Positions 17,425 through 28,103 of a stretch of 64,000 nucleotides of DNA are shown in pieces. The notes under the pieces were generated by a model, which saw only the letters and a list, made by a program, of their open reading frames with translations, was not told the origin of the DNA and did not search any database. Position 1 is the first letter of the stretch. The number at the start of each line of letters is the position of its first letter. Source of the DNA: an uncultured Desulfatitalea sp. GTDB taxonomy: Bacteria > Desulfobacterota > Desulfobacteria > Desulfobacterales > Desulfosarcinaceae. A program made the position numbers and the translations under genes. The stretch lies in contig CAXXMB010000001.1 of the NCBI GenBank assembly GCA_963668675.2, positions 1,408,001-1,472,000 of the forward strand, given 5' to 3'.

Positions 17425-18225
17425 TTACCATATGACATCCCTGGCATCAAATACCGGACCGTCGACGCAGGCGTGGCGATAACCTGCTTTTGGATCGGCA
17501 GCAAGAACCGCACACCCCAGGCAAGCTCCCATCCCGCATGCCATCATGGTTTCCATAGAGATCTGGCATGCCGCCTGATGGCGCAACGCCATCCCAGCAA
17601 CGCATTGCAACATGCCATGAGGTCCGCAAGCAAAAATCATATCAGGAGAGTCGGCCTCGATGGCGCTCTCCAGAGGATCGGTGATCAGGCACTGCTCTCC
17701 GCTGCTGCCATCGTCGGTGGTGACGGTTACCGGAATGCCCATGGCGACAAAATCCTCCCGGCACAGCAACTCTTCGCTCGATCTTCCGCCCAGAAAGAGA
17801 CGGCACCCGGAAAGCTGCACACCCACCGTCTTCAGGCGGGCAGCCAGAAATCGAATCGGCGCCACCCCGATGCCGCCCGCCACCAGATATAACCGCTGTT
17901 TGACTTCGGTTGAGATCCGAAATCCACGCCCAAGTGGACCGAGCAGATCGACCGTCTGCCCCGGCGTAAGTTGGGCCATCTGCCGGGTTCCTCTACCGAT
18001 CGTCTTGTAAAGAAGTTCGACGCCCTCGGGACGATCGGCATGGCCGATATGCCCGAATATCGAAAAAGGACGCCGCAACAAGGGTGTGTGGGTCGCTTCG
18101 GCCTGGAGCATGACGAACTGCCCCGGCACAGCATTCCCATAACCGTCAGGGCACCCCAGCCCAAGACGATAGCAGTTCGATGCGACCTGTTGATTCCATA
18201 ACACCGTGGTTTGCTGCTGAATCAT
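17425..18225 (-). CDS. pyrK: Dihydroorotate dehydrogenase electron transfer subunit (FAD/2Fe-2S)
   Basis: PGQFVM, LRRPFSI, GPLGRGF, AGGIGVAP, CGP, MACGMGACLGC, CVDGPVF. Confidence 0.9.
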   Translation of the reverse strand: MIQQQTTVLWNQQVASNCYRLGLGCPDGYGNAVPGQFVMLQAEATHTPLLRRPFSIFGHIGHADRPEGVELLYKTIGRGTRQMAQLTPGQTVDLLGPLGRGFRISTEVKQRLYLVAGGIGVAPIRFLAARLKTVGVQLSGCRLFLGGRSSEELLCREDFVAMGIPVTVTTDDGSSGEQCLITDPLESAIEADSPDMIFACGPHGMLQCVAGMALRHQAACQISMETMMACGMGACLGCAVLAADPKAGYRHACVDGPVFDARDVIW

Positions 18226-18307
18226 ATGCACGCCCTCTCGAAAGCGCTTCATTCGTCATCTGAAGATGTGCACCGACACCCTCTTTACGCCGGTATCAAC
18301 CCACCGT

Positions 18308-19069
18308 TTACCAGCGGATTACCGCTGCGAACCGACCGGTCCCGCACCCTTCTCCTCTGTATGAGAAGAAGGTGGACGTGTTGCAGCGTGTGCAGATACC
18401 GGCCACCATCACCTGATCGGCCGGCACACCGGCCGCGATCAGCTGATCGATACTGATTTGCCAGAAATCGAACAGATCTCCTTCCCGTCGGTATGTCCAA
18501 TAACGGGAGGGTATCTCACTCCGATAGTTCTTAAATTCCGCACAACAGGGCCCCAGTGACGGCCCTATTCCGCCGTGGATATCTTCAGGTCGGCAACCGA
18601 ACCTCAACGTCATCGACGCGACCGTTTTTCCGATGATGTTATGCGTGCTGCCCCGCCAGCCTGAATGGACATTTGCAATGACACGCTTGACCGGGTCGGC
18701 CAGCAAGACACTCTGACAATCGGCCATCTGTATGACCAGCGCTGTGCCCGGTTCATTCGTCACCAAGGCATCTCCGTCCAATCGGATGTTTCCCTCGTTC
18801 CGAGTATTGTCCCAGACAGCCACCTGTGTGCCGTGCACCTGGTGTGCGTAGACAGCCGGTGCACCGCCAACAGTCGCCATCATCCGGCGGCGGTTTCGGG
18901 TAACGACGCTATCCGGATCGCCGGCATGGTAACCCACATTGAATGGGGAAACCGCGCCAATCTGCCTATCTCTCAAATGGCGAGTGAAGATACCATGCCA
19001 CAGTCCGGTGAATCGCGCCAGGTGCGGAAACTGGATGTATCTCAAATCATTCTCGTCGATCCATCGCAT
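18308..19069 (-). CDS. pgeF: YfiH/PgeF family purine nucleoside phosphorylase
   Basis: HGIFTR, QVHG, DALVT, ADC, HSGWRG, GPSLGPCC, CT.C, FFSYR. Confidence 0.92.
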   Translation of the reverse strand: MRWIDENDLRYIQFPHLARFTGLWHGIFTRHLRDRQIGAVSPFNVGYHAGDPDSVVTRNRRRMMATVGGAPAVYAHQVHGTQVAVWDNTRNEGNIRLDGDALVTNEPGTALVIQMADCQSVLLADPVKRVIANVHSGWRGSTHNIIGKTVASMTLRFGCRPEDIHGGIGPSLGPCCAEFKNYRSEIPSRYWTYRREGDLFDFWQISIDQLIAAGVPADQVMVAGICTRCNTSTFFSYRGEGCGTGRFAAVIRW

Positions 19070-19079
19070 CGATCATCAC

Positions 19080-19880
19080 CTATAACAGGGCCCGGGCAAG
19101 GGTGAGCACCCTGACGCTTCTAGCGCCGGCGTTTAATAGCGTCCTGGCGCAGGCATCTGCCGTAGTGCCCGTCGTCAAGACATCATCGACAACGAGAACG
19201 CTGCGGCTCCGGATGCGTTGCCTGTCTGTAACACGGAACGCGCGGCGCAGGTTCTCCATTCGCCGATCTCTTTTCAAACCGGTTTGCGGTTCGGTGGGGC
19301 GATACCGTACCAACAGCCGCGGTGCAATCCACTCTGCCGGCGGACGCAACCCGTCCCGCATGACCAGTCGGGGCCACTCCACGAGCAGGGCTTGGGCCTG
19401 ATTGAAGCCTCTCTTTCGCAGGCGGGACGGGTGTAGCGGGACGGGAACGACGCTATCGAATTGATCCGCTGCCCAGTATTTGCGGAGAGTTGCCCAGAGA
19501 AGGCGACCCAGAGGGCGCGCCAAACGTTCCCGACCTTTGTATTTCAACTGGTGGATCGTGCTTTTCAACGCCCCCTGGTAGATGCCTGCCGCCCGGGCCT
19601 CGGCGTAACTGGGCGGCTGCGACAAGCAATCACCGCAAAGATGGTCAATGCCATGTGACGATTCGAACGGCAGGCCGCATTGCAAGCACATGGGGGTCGT
19701 AATTTCAGCATATTGGGATCTGCATGCTGTACAGAGGTTACCTTCGAACAACGCTTCGAAATGGAACTGCCCATCTTCATCATATCCATCAATGGTGTAC
19801 CTGCGGTGGGCAATGGGAAAAAGCCGGCCGCAGGCGAAACAAACCCCCGGGAAAAGAGCATCCTTGACGGTATTTCCCAA
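19080..19880 (-). CDS. comF: ComF family double zinc-ribbon/phosphoribosyltransferase protein
   Basis: Four CxxC pairs, VPVPLH..RL..RGFNQ, VVDDVLTTGTT; start uncertain (TTG 19880 chosen because the longer ORF overlaps icd). Confidence 0.85.
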   Translation of the reverse strand: MGNTVKDALFPGVCFACGRLFPIAHRRYTIDGYDEDGQFHFEALFEGNLCTACRSQYAEITTPMCLQCGLPFESSHGIDHLCGDCLSQPPSYAEARAAGIYQGALKSTIHQLKYKGRERLARPLGRLLWATLRKYWAADQFDSVVPVPLHPSRLRKRGFNQAQALLVEWPRLVMRDGLRPPAEWIAPRLLVRYRPTEPQTGLKRDRRMENLRRAFRVTDRQRIRSRSVLVVDDVLTTGTTADACARTLLNAGARSVRVLTLARALL

Positions 19881-19916
19881 CTTCCGACATACAGATGCAA
19901 AATATGCGTAGCGGGG

Positions 19917-19954
19917 AAAAAAGCGCTCTTCTGCATGCGGCGCAGAAAAGAGGC
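19917..19954 (-). terminator. Probable terminator after icd
   Basis: Imperfect CTCTTTTCTGC/GCAGAAGAG stem followed by a 6-T run on the minus strand. Confidence 0.55.
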
Positions 19955-19974
19955 CTTTGGATCCACCCCCCCTT

Positions 19975-21201
19975 CTAAAGATGATCGCATATCGCTTGTG
20001 CAAAGGCCGAACAGGCGACCTCCCTGGCATCTTCGATCTGCCTGGCCAGGTCATATGTGACCACGCCATCCCGAACAGTGGCCTGGAGCGCCACCCTCAC
20101 TTTGTCGGCAGCCTCCCGCCATCCAAGATAATCGAGCATCATGGCACCGGACAAAATCAATGAACTGGGATTGACCTTGTCCAGTCCGGCATATTTGGGC
20201 GCAGTTCCGTGGGTGGCTTCAAAGACGGCGCACTTGTCTCCGATATTGGCGCCGGGGGCCATCCCCAGCCCGCCGACTTGGGCCGCCAATGCATCCGAGA
20301 TATAATCGCCGTTCAAGTTGGGCGTTGCGATCACATCGAACTCATCCGGTCGCAACAGCACCTGCTGAAAAAGCATGTCGGCGATACGGTCCTTGATCAC
20401 CACCTTGCCTTCCGGACGATTGCCGCCATGCGTATCGTATAGCTCGGCCTCGGTGATCGTGTGCTCGGCGAACTGCTCCTTGGCCACATCGTATCCCCAA
20501 CGGCTGAAGGCGCCTTCGGTATACTTCATGATGTTGCCCTTGTGCATCAGCGTCACGCTCTCCCGTCCCTGCTCCACCGCATAAGCGATCGCCCTTGCAA
20601 CGAGCCGTTTGCTGTTTTTTTCACTGATGGGCTTGATACCGATACCCGTCATGCTGCCAAGCGTTGTGCCCATCTCCTTGTTCAGAAATGCGATGATCTT
20701 TTCCGCCTCCTCGGTGCCGGCTTGCCACTCGATACCGGCATAGAGGTCCTCCGTATTTTCGCGAAACACCACCATATCGATCTTTTCAGGAAATTTAAGC
20801 GGGCTGGGGACCGGATGGATGTAGCGAACCGGACGGACACAGGCATAGAGATCGAGCTTTTGCCGGATGGCAACATTCAAACTGCGGATCCCGGTTCCGA
20901 TGGGCGTGGTCATGGGGCCTTTGATGGCAACGACGTGATCGCTGATCGTTGCCAGGGCCTCATCTGAAAGCCATTGCCCGGTTTCGTGAAACCCTTTCTC
21001 ACCCACCAGCAACTCAAGCCACTCTATGCTGCGCCTCCCCTCATAGGCAGCTGTTACCGCCTGGTCCAGGACAAGCCGGGTGGCCGGCCAGATATCGCGA
21101 CCGATGCCATCGCCTTCTATAAATGGTATAATTGGTGAGCCGGGAACCTGAAGCACGCCATCTTCCGTCATGGTAATTTTCTCTGCATGGTTGTTTTCCA
21201 T
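19975..21201 (-). CDS. icd: NADP-dependent isocitrate dehydrogenase
   Basis: [57 protein letters not shown]. Confidence 0.97.
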   Translation of the reverse strand: MENNHAEKITMTEDGVLQVPGSPIIPFIEGDGIGRDIWPATRLVLDQAVTAAYEGRRSIEWLELLVGEKGFHETGQWLSDEALATISDHVVAIKGPMTTPIGTGIRSLNVAIRQKLDLYACVRPVRYIHPVPSPLKFPEKIDMVVFRENTEDLYAGIEWQAGTEEAEKIIAFLNKEMGTTLGSMTGIGIKPISEKNSKRLVARAIAYAVEQGRESVTLMHKGNIMKYTEGAFSRWGYDVAKEQFAEHTITEAELYDTHGGNRPEGKVVIKDRIADMLFQQVLLRPDEFDVIATPNLNGDYISDALAAQVGGLGMAPGANIGDKCAVFEATHGTAPKYAGLDKVNPSSLILSGAMMLDYLGWREAADKVRVALQATVRDGVVTYDLARQIEDAREVACSAFAQAICDHL

Positions 21202-21258
21202 TTAAACTATCACCCTCCTCTTTTACGCTTGCGCGCCTTTATTCGTCTCAACCACACC

Positions 21259-22023
21259 TTACCTTTTCTTCTTCTGGGCGGCAAGGCGCTGCCTGTATGA
21301 TTCATAGATGATAACGGCCGCTGCTGCCGAGGCATTCAAAGAGCCCACTGGACCGGTTTGGGGGATGGAGACCGTAAAGTCACAGTGTTTGCGTACCAGC
21401 GGCCGCAACCCCTTCTCCTCACCTCCGATGACAAGCGCCAGCGGTCCGGAGAGGTCGGCCTCGAAGAGAGTGCGCTCCCCGTCCCGATCTGCCCCGGCCA
21501 CCCATATGCCGTGCTGCTTCATCCTCTTGATCGCATCCACCAGATTGGTCACATACGCCACCGGCATGTGCTCAAGCGCACCGGCAGAGGCCTTGCTCGC
21601 TGTCGCGGATGGTGGTGCCGATCGGTCCTTGGGCAAAATCAAGCCCTGGACACCGGCACAATGCGCGGTCCTCGCCATAGCCCCCATATTCTGCGGATCC
21701 ACCACCCGGTCAAGCAGAAGAAGCCATGCCGGCGCGGACGATTGAGACCCAGCGGGAAGCAGATGATCCAGAGATGCAATCGGATAGGGTCCTGTTTGCG
21801 CACAGACGTCCTGGTGACGCGGGTGACCCACCATGGCAGTTATCTGCTGGGGCGCCACCCATTGCACATCAATACCGGCCGATTTAGCGATATCGGCAAT
21901 GGCCTCGCGGCGCGATGCGCCCTTGCCTTGACCGATATATACCCTGTCGATGCGACGACGGTGCGCAAGCAACGCCTCACGCACCGGGTGATAGCCAAAA
22001 AGAACATTCGTCGCAGTTGTCAT
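21259..22023 (-). CDS. rlmB: 23S rRNA (G2251-2'-O)-methyltransferase
   Basis: DPQNMGA..R.A, KASAGA, GGEEKGLR, SLNASAA SPOUT motifs. Confidence 0.92.
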   Translation of the reverse strand: MTTATNVLFGYHPVREALLAHRRRIDRVYIGQGKGASRREAIADIAKSAGIDVQWVAPQQITAMVGHPRHQDVCAQTGPYPIASLDHLLPAGSQSSAPAWLLLLDRVVDPQNMGAMARTAHCAGVQGLILPKDRSAPPSATASKASAGALEHMPVAYVTNLVDAIKRMKQHGIWVAGADRDGERTLFEADLSGPLALVIGGEEKGLRPLVRKHCDFTVSIPQTGPVGSLNASAAAAVIIYESYRQRLAAQKKKR

Positions 22024-22052
22024 GGCATACTCTAAGGAAACAGACCGACTTT

Positions 22053-22658
22053 TCAAGTCGGCAAGCGATAGCTTTCGATAATTGAGATAAACGCTTGCTT
22101 GGCGCGGTCGAGATCGTCGTTGACCAGAACATGGCGATAGGTTTCCTGCTGATCCATCTCCAGGTGAGCGTTGCGCATGCGAATGGCGATGGTCGCCTCG
22201 TCATCCCCGCCCCTCTGCCTCAGGCGCTGCTCGAGCGTCTCCAGCGAGGGGGGCGAGATGAATATGGTCACCGCCTGGGGAAATCGACGCAGCAGTTGCT
22301 GCGTCCCCTGGACATCGATGTCCATCAGGATATCCTGGCCTCGGGCAAGCGTCTGGTCGATCCATTCGGCGCTCGTCCCGTAGAGATGACCGTGCACCCT
22401 TGCCCACTCGGCCCAGCGCCCGTTGGCGATCCCCTCTTCAAACGCATCCCGGGTGATGAAGAAGTAGTCCTTTCCATCTGCCTCCCCCGGGCGGGGCGAC
22501 CGGGTGGTGTAGGAGATGGAGTAGGCCAAATCGCAAATGTGCTGCCTGACGGCGTCGCACAGGGTCGTTTTACCCGCGCCCGAGGGTGCCGAAACGATGA
22601 AGAGTCTCCCCGGATCAACGACGGGGTTCAAAGGTCTATCAGCCGTGACGTCACCCAT
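22053..22658 (-). CDS. gmk: Guanylate kinase
   Basis: SAPSGAGKTT, SYTTRSPRPGE.DGKDYFF, YGT, DIDVQG. Confidence 0.97.
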   Translation of the reverse strand: MGDVTADRPLNPVVDPGRLFIVSAPSGAGKTTLCDAVRQHICDLAYSISYTTRSPRPGEADGKDYFFITRDAFEEGIANGRWAEWARVHGHLYGTSAEWIDQTLARGQDILMDIDVQGTQQLLRRFPQAVTIFISPPSLETLEQRLRQRGGDDEATIAIRMRNAHLEMDQQETYRHVLVNDDLDRAKQAFISIIESYRLPT

Positions 22659-22660
22659 GG

Positions 22661-22918
22661 CTACTCGTCGGCCTCTTTCAGCGTTTCAAATCGCTGGGAA
22701 ATGGTCTCGGCCTGAATGGCCGAAAGTACGATATGGTTGCTGTCCATGATGATGATCGAACGGGTGCGTCGACCATGAGTGGCGTCGATGAGATGATGAT
22801 CATCCCTGGCCTCGTCTTTTAAACGCTTCATGGGAGATGAATTGGGAGACACGATTGCCACGACGCGCTCGGCCACCACTGTATTGCCAAACCCGATATT
22901 GAGCAGATTCTTTTCCAT
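22661..22918 (-). CDS. remA: DUF370 / RemA-family protein
   Basis: [23 protein letters not shown]...[13 protein letters not shown]; canonical yicC-remA-gmk order. Confidence 0.9.
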   Translation of the reverse strand: MEKNLLNIGFGNTVVAERVVAIVSPNSSPMKRLKDEARDDHHLIDATHGRRTRSIIIMDSNHIVLSAIQAETISQRFETLKEADE

Positions 22919-22975
22919 CCGATTTCTCTCTTCCTCCTGCAACCTTGCCCTTAAACCCGCACCGCCTCAGATAAA

Positions 22976-23857
22976 TCACTCGATATTCTGCACCTGTTCA
23001 CGCAGTTTCTCAATTTCAGCCTTAACAGCCACGATCAGATGGGCCAAATCGGCCTGCCCGATTTTCGACCCCATCGTGTTGAACTCCCTGTTGAACTCCT
23101 GTAGCAGGAAGTTGAGTTTCCGGCCGGCCGGTTCGGGTCCCTCCATAAAGGATCGAAACTGGAGGATATGGCTGCGGGAACGAACGATCTCCTCTGAAAT
23201 GTCACTGCGGTCTGCCAGGATCGCAGCCTCCTGGGCAACACGCACCGGGTCCAATTCGACCACCCCTTTGGTCAACGCCTCTATCCTGACAGACAATTTT
23301 TCCCTATACATTGCCGGGAGTCTCTCGGCCCCCTCCTCTATCTGGTCCAGATGCGCCTCGATCATCGCCAGTCGCCGGGAGAAGTCCTCACCGGTATGGC
23401 TGCCCTCCTGCAACCGCATCTGATCCAGGGCGGTCATAACCTCCATCAGCGTCTCCTCAATCAGTGGCCAGGAGTCATCGATGGCCTCGCTGCTCTCGCG
23501 CGGCAGGATGATGCCGTTGACATCGAGCAGACGATCGAGTGACATCTCCCCGGCAATGTTGATCTCCTCTTTCAGCGTCTGCACAGCCGAATGGAACGCC
23601 TTGGCTTTGACCATGTCCACCTCAAACGCACAAGCCTTTTCAGAAGTATCCTTTACCCAGATGCGAACCTCTATTCTTCCGCGCACCAGCGATGAAGCGA
23701 TCATCCCTTTGATCTTCTCTTCCAGACCTGCAAAGCCATGGGGCAAACGGATGGAGATATCCAAATGGCGGCTGTTATATGATCTCATCTCTACATTGAC
23801 GGTGAGGTCCTGTGCACTTTTTTCAATACCGGCGTATGCGGTCATACTTTTAAGCAT
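22976..23857 (-). CDS. yicC: YicC/YloC family endoribonuclease
   Basis: MLKSMTAY, DISEEIVR, GRKLNFLLQEFNREFNTMGSK, EKLREQVQNIE. Confidence 0.95.
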   Translation of the reverse strand: MLKSMTAYAGIEKSAQDLTVNVEMRSYNSRHLDISIRLPHGFAGLEEKIKGMIASSLVRGRIEVRIWVKDTSEKACAFEVDMVKAKAFHSAVQTLKEEINIAGEMSLDRLLDVNGIILPRESSEAIDDSWPLIEETLMEVMTALDQMRLQEGSHTGEDFSRRLAMIEAHLDQIEEGAERLPAMYREKLSVRIEALTKGVVELDPVRVAQEAAILADRSDISEEIVRSRSHILQFRSFMEGPEPAGRKLNFLLQEFNREFNTMGSKIGQADLAHLIVAVKAEIEKLREQVQNIE

Positions 23858-23914
23858 AGGGAATCGGTTCCTCTCATCGTGTACTGTGGATTTAACACCA
23901 CGCAGATCCTGCCA

Positions 23915-24496
23915 TCACCTCTTCACGGTTTCCGGCAATCGGTTTAAATCAGCGGCATATTTGTTTCGGACCTTCAATAAAAAAGCGCGCATATTTTCAT
24001 CGGCATAATCAGGATAGGTCCATGGCAATGTACGGTATTTGCCTTGCTGGTAGATCAAGGTCAAATCCGCATAGATCTGTTCACCGATGTAGATACGATG
24101 GGTAAAATTCTTCCCTGTCGCCAATACGAACCGTTCATAGAGCAGATAGCCCGGGTCGATGTTCACCTGTCGCTTGTCGTTGCGGGCGTATCGACGCTCC
24201 AGATCGTTTGTGGTGCATTTGATTCTGGCCAGTGCGTCCTGGGCGATCAACTCTTCAAACACCAACATCCGGCGGTAGAGCGGGCCACCCATCTCAGCTG
24301 CGTAATAGTCGGTGTAATCAAAGGAAAACCACGGACTGACCATATCGATTGTGCCGAAAGCGACCTCCAGGTCGTGGGCCAGGCCATGGGCCATACCATT
24401 GGCCATACCATTGGATAGATCAGCCAGCAACGTCCTGTTCTTCATAAAAATTCCGACGATCAATTTGGCCGGTTGCGGCGGTTTCGGTTGGCTCAT
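23915..24496 (-). CDS. DUF4416 family protein
   Basis: F.YTDYY..EMG..L.R, R.VNIDPGY, VLATGKNF.HRIY, LPWTYPDY. Confidence 0.8.
   Translation of the reverse strand: MSQPKPPQPAKLIVGIFMKNRTLLADLSNGMANGMAHGLAHDLEVAFGTIDMVSPWFSFDYTDYYAAEMGGPLYRRMLVFEELIAQDALARIKCTTNDLERRYARNDKRQVNIDPGYLLYERFVLATGKNFTHRIYIGEQIYADLTLIYQQGKYRTLPWTYPDYADENMRAFLLKVRNKYAADLNRLPETVKR
24369..24416 (+). repeat. Four degenerate 12-bp tandem units inside the DUF4416 gene
   Basis: aggtcgtgggcc aggccatgggcc ataccattggcc ataccattggat, encoding SNGM-ANGM-AHGL-AHDL on the minus strand. Confidence 0.75.
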
Positions 24497-24579
24497 CCCG
24501 TTGCATCCCTCAGTGGCGGTCCGTCTTACCCTTTTCAGGGGCGAAGAGATCCTTTGATTGGAGAGTGCTCCTGCTCTTC

Positions 24580-24759
24580 TTAACCGTTTCCCTTGATCGG
24601 TTTTGCCTCTTCAACCAGCATAATGGGAATGTCGTCACGTATTTCATAGAGCAGTTGGCACTTGTCGCAGACCAATCCGTCCCCTTGATTGTTCAAATGG
24701 ATTTCCCCCTTGCATTGCGGGCAAACCAAGAGATCCAGCAAGTGTTGATCAATGGCCAT
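24580..24759 (-). CDS. Trm112/YcaR family protein (59 aa, absent from the ORF track)
   Basis: MAIDQHLLDLLVCPQCKGEI...LVCDKCQLLYEIRDDIPIMLVEEA; GGAGG SD. Confidence 0.92.
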   Translation of the reverse strand: MAIDQHLLDLLVCPQCKGEIHLNNQGDGLVCDKCQLLYEIRDDIPIMLVEEAKPIKGNG

Positions 24760-24957
24760 GAAGCCTCCTCTCCTTTGTCATGAATGGGTGAGTAATTTTC
24801 CACACTTCAGCCAAAAGTGCAACAATCAAGGCAACCACGATATGTAAGCGGCAATCCAAAGCATGGACTTGAATATCAAAATCGGATACAACGTATGCAC
24901 GTGTACCGTTGGAGATGGCGGTTTCGGGATAACCAGTCGATAGAAAAGAGGCAATTG

Positions 24958-25920
24958 ATGCATCTATCCAAAAGGATCATGATCACCGGCGGATGTGGTT
25001 TTCTGGGTTCTCATTTGTGCGACCGGCTGCTCGCCCAAGGGCACGAAGTGTTGTGCGTGGACAACTGCTTCACCGGCAGCAAACGTAACATCAGGCACTT
25101 GTTGGATCATCAGAACTTCGAATTTGTTAGACACGACGTCACATTTCCCCTCTACATCGAGGTCGACGAAATATACAATATGGCTTGTCCGGCGTCTCCC
25201 ATCCACTACCAGTTCGACCCCGTCCAGACAACCAAAACAAGTGTCCACGGGGCGATCAACATGCTCGGATTGGCCAAGCGCGTCAAAGCCACGATTCTCC
25301 AGGCATCCACCAGCGAAGTGTATGGCGATCCGGAGGTGCACCCCCAGACGGAATCGTACTGGGGGCGCGTCAACCCCATCGGGGTGCGCTCCTGTTACGA
25401 CGAGGGTAAGCGGTGCGCCGAAACCCTCTTTTTCGACTATCACCGCCAGCATCGACTGAAGATCAAGGTGGCTCGCATTTTCAACACCTATGGCCCTCAC
25501 ATGCATCCCAACGATGGGCGGGTCGTCTCGAACTTTATCGTGCAGGCCCTCAAGGGGGAACCGATCACCATTTACGGTGAGGGGCAGCAGACACGCTCGT
25601 TCTGTTATGTCGATAATCTGGTCGAAGGCCTGATCCGTCTGATGAACTCGCCAGACGAGACCACCGGTCCGGTCAATCTGGGCAATCCGGTCGAATTTAC
25701 TATCCTGGAACTGGCACAGAAGGTAATCGCATTGACGAACAGCTCATCCAAATTGAGATATGAGCCGCTGCCCCAAGACGATCCGCGGCAACGCAAACCC
25801 GACATCTCACTGGCCCGAAAGGCACTCCAATGGGAGCCGAGCGTAGCATTGGAAGAGGGCCTGAAAAGCACCATCGCCTACTTTGAGCAGCTACTAAAAG
25901 AGAGCGGCACCCAGGGTTAA
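24958..25920 (+). CDS. UDP-glucuronate decarboxylase (UDP-xylose synthase)
   Basis: [54 protein letters not shown]. Confidence 0.95.
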   Translation: MHLSKRIMITGGCGFLGSHLCDRLLAQGHEVLCVDNCFTGSKRNIRHLLDHQNFEFVRHDVTFPLYIEVDEIYNMACPASPIHYQFDPVQTTKTSVHGAINMLGLAKRVKATILQASTSEVYGDPEVHPQTESYWGRVNPIGVRSCYDEGKRCAETLFFDYHRQHRLKIKVARIFNTYGPHMHPNDGRVVSNFIVQALKGEPITIYGEGQQTRSFCYVDNLVEGLIRLMNSPDETTGPVNLGNPVEFTILELAQKVIALTNSSSKLRYEPLPQDDPRQRKPDISLARKALQWEPSVALEEGLKSTIAYFEQLLKESGTQG

Positions 25921-25963
25921 AAAGGGATTCGAAGCACCCTACCCTTTTAAATGAATGCTTGCA

Positions 25964-27466
25964 TTATTTCCGGGATGGTTTCTTGCCCTGGTTCTGAAAT
26001 TCTGAAATGACCTTCTCAGCCAGCCGGGTGGTGCTGTAGCCTTCGACCAGGTCCACCAGTTTGACGCAGCCGCCATACGCCTCGACCACCTCTTTCCCGA
26101 CCACCTCATCGGGGGCGTAATCCGACCCTTTCACGAGGATGTCAGGACGAATCGCCTTGATCAGTTCGATGGGGGTATCCTCACCGAAAGGGACGACCAG
26201 GTCCACGCACTCCAGCGCCCCGAGGATGGCAGCCCGATCCTGTTCGGATAGAATCGGACGACCGCTTCCTTTCAGTCGCTTGATCGAGTCGTCGGTATTG
26301 AGCCCCACCACGAGCCGATCTCCCAATGAGCGGGCCTTATACAATAAACTGATATGGCCCGGATGAAGCAGATCAAAACATCCGTTAGTAAAAACGACCC
26401 GGCTGCCGGACACTTGCCACGCCGCGACTTTGGCCAGTGCGGCCTCCCTATCGCTCATCTTGGCAGCCGAATAGGGATAGAAGCCGTGCCGGCCGTCGCA
26501 GGCCAAGGCCATCGACAGCTCCGAGGCCAGAATGGGTTGGGTACCCAGCTTGCCGACCACGATACCTGCGGCCTGATTGGCAGTACGGGCGGCATCCACC
26601 AGTGGCGTTCCAACTGAGAGCGCTGCCGCCAGAGTCGCGATGACCGTATCACCGGCGCCGGAGACGTCGTAAACCTCCCGCGCCTCTGCCGGGATCATCA
26701 GAGGATCGCGATCCGACTCGATCAAACACATCCCCTGTGCACCGCGGGTGACCAACAGCCAATCCAGCTCATAACGGGTCCTGATCTCCTTGGCAAAGGC
26801 GATCAAACGGGGTTCATCGGATTCCAACTGCGCACCGGCGACCGCCTCCAGTTCAGCCGTATTGGGTGTTATACCCGAGGCGCCCTTGTAGCGACTCCAA
26901 TCGGTCCCTTTGGGATCCACGAGAACCGGCACGCCCCGATTGCGGCAGACCTCAATCAACTCGCGGGCAAATGTCGGACTACCGAACACCCCTTTGCCGT
27001 AATCAGAGAGGATGACAGCCCCGCGGTCGTCCAATCCTTCGGACATCGCATTGCGAACCGATTCGAGCACTCGGTCGTCCAGAGGCGCCACTCGCTCATC
27101 ATCCAACCGCAGAATCTGCTGCTTATGGGCCATGACTCGTGTTTTGGTAGTAGTGGGCCTTCCGTTATCCACCACGAGACGGTCGTTGATTCCTTTGGAT
27201 GCGATGAGATCTCTCAGCTCTTGGGCGGCACTGTCGATACCGATCACACCGATGATGGTCACTCGACTGTATAGGGAGGCCAAATTGGACGCCACGTTTC
27301 CCGCACCACCGAGGGTCGCCGTGGTGCGCTGCACCTGAACCACAGGGACCGGCGCTTCGGGCGAAATGCGCTTTACATGACCCCAGACGTAGCGGTCCAG
27401 CATGATGTCCCCGACGACAAGTATGTCTGCCCCTTTAAACGGGGCCATTTTCTCCTGCATATCCAT
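25964..27466 (-). CDS. hldE: Bifunctional heptose-7-P kinase / heptose-1-P adenylyltransferase
   Basis: GDIMLDRY, RISPEAPVPVV, DVSGAGDTV, FTNGCFDLLHPGH, VKGSDY. Confidence 0.97.
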   Translation of the reverse strand: MDMQEKMAPFKGADILVVGDIMLDRYVWGHVKRISPEAPVPVVQVQRTTATLGGAGNVASNLASLYSRVTIIGVIGIDSAAQELRDLIASKGINDRLVVDNGRPTTTKTRVMAHKQQILRLDDERVAPLDDRVLESVRNAMSEGLDDRGAVILSDYGKGVFGSPTFARELIEVCRNRGVPVLVDPKGTDWSRYKGASGITPNTAELEAVAGAQLESDEPRLIAFAKEIRTRYELDWLLVTRGAQGMCLIESDRDPLMIPAEAREVYDVSGAGDTVIATLAAALSVGTPLVDAARTANQAAGIVVGKLGTQPILASELSMALACDGRHGFYPYSAAKMSDREAALAKVAAWQVSGSRVVFTNGCFDLLHPGHISLLYKARSLGDRLVVGLNTDDSIKRLKGSGRPILSEQDRAAILGALECVDLVVPFGEDTPIELIKAIRPDILVKGSDYAPDEVVGKEVVEAYGGCVKLVDLVEGYSTTRLAEKVISEFQNQGKKPSRK

Positions 27467-27483
27467 TCCCGTCCCGGTATCGG

Positions 27484-28053
27484 CTATTTGCCCGACGCTG
27501 TATTGACATGGCGCTCGATCAGCATGGCCCAGAAATGGAGCACAAAAATATGGGCCTCCTGTATGCGTGCCGTGGCGTCATCCGCGATGACGATGGTTGA
27601 TTCCATCATTGGCTTCAATGCGCCCCCATCTTTTCCCAGTAACCCCACGGTATAGAGTCTTTGTTCCCTGGCCAGTTCCACGGCCCGCACCACGTTGGCG
27701 GAGTTTCCGGAGGTCGATATGCCGATCAGAGCATCTCCTTCTCTGCCGAGCCCCTGGACCTGGCGTGAGAACACATCTGCAAATCCGTAGTCATTACCCA
27801 CCGCGGTTAATATAGAGGTGTCCGTGGTCAGTGCAATGGCCGGCCATGCGGAGCGCTCCTGCTCGAAACGACCGATCAATTCAGCAGCAAAGTGCTGGGC
27901 ATCACTGGCCGAACCCCCATTTCCGCAAATGAGTATTTTATGGCCATCAGCAATAACCCGGGCCAGTCGATTGCCAATGGTTTCGATCTCTGCCGCCAAT
28001 GCGGGCAACTGCTCGAAGCATTCAAGATGGCGCTGCAATACCGTTGAAAACAT
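27484..28053 (-). CDS. gmhA: Phosphoheptose isomerase
   Basis: CGNGGSASDAQHFAAEL, GNDYGF, ISTSGNS, TARIQEAH. Confidence 0.97.
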   Translation of the reverse strand: MFSTVLQRHLECFEQLPALAAEIETIGNRLARVIADGHKILICGNGGSASDAQHFAAELIGRFEQERSAWPAIALTTDTSILTAVGNDYGFADVFSRQVQGLGREGDALIGISTSGNSANVVRAVELAREQRLYTVGLLGKDGGALKPMMESTIVIADDATARIQEAHIFVLHFWAMLIERHVNTASGK

Positions 28054-28103
28054 ATGGACTCCTGGTAATTTCAACCTTTGGCTCTGCCGTTTCAGGCATA
28101 TTC

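Noticed and set aside
19881..20069. N-terminal extension of comF in the ORF track
   Set aside because: Overlaps the icd 3' end and its probable terminator; the true start is likely downstream.
24565..24783. 72-aa plus-strand ORF
   Set aside because: Antisense to the Trm112-family gene.
24796..24804. Single perfect DnaA box TTTTCCACA
   Set aside because: Isolated 9-mer; one such hit is unremarkable in 64 kb.
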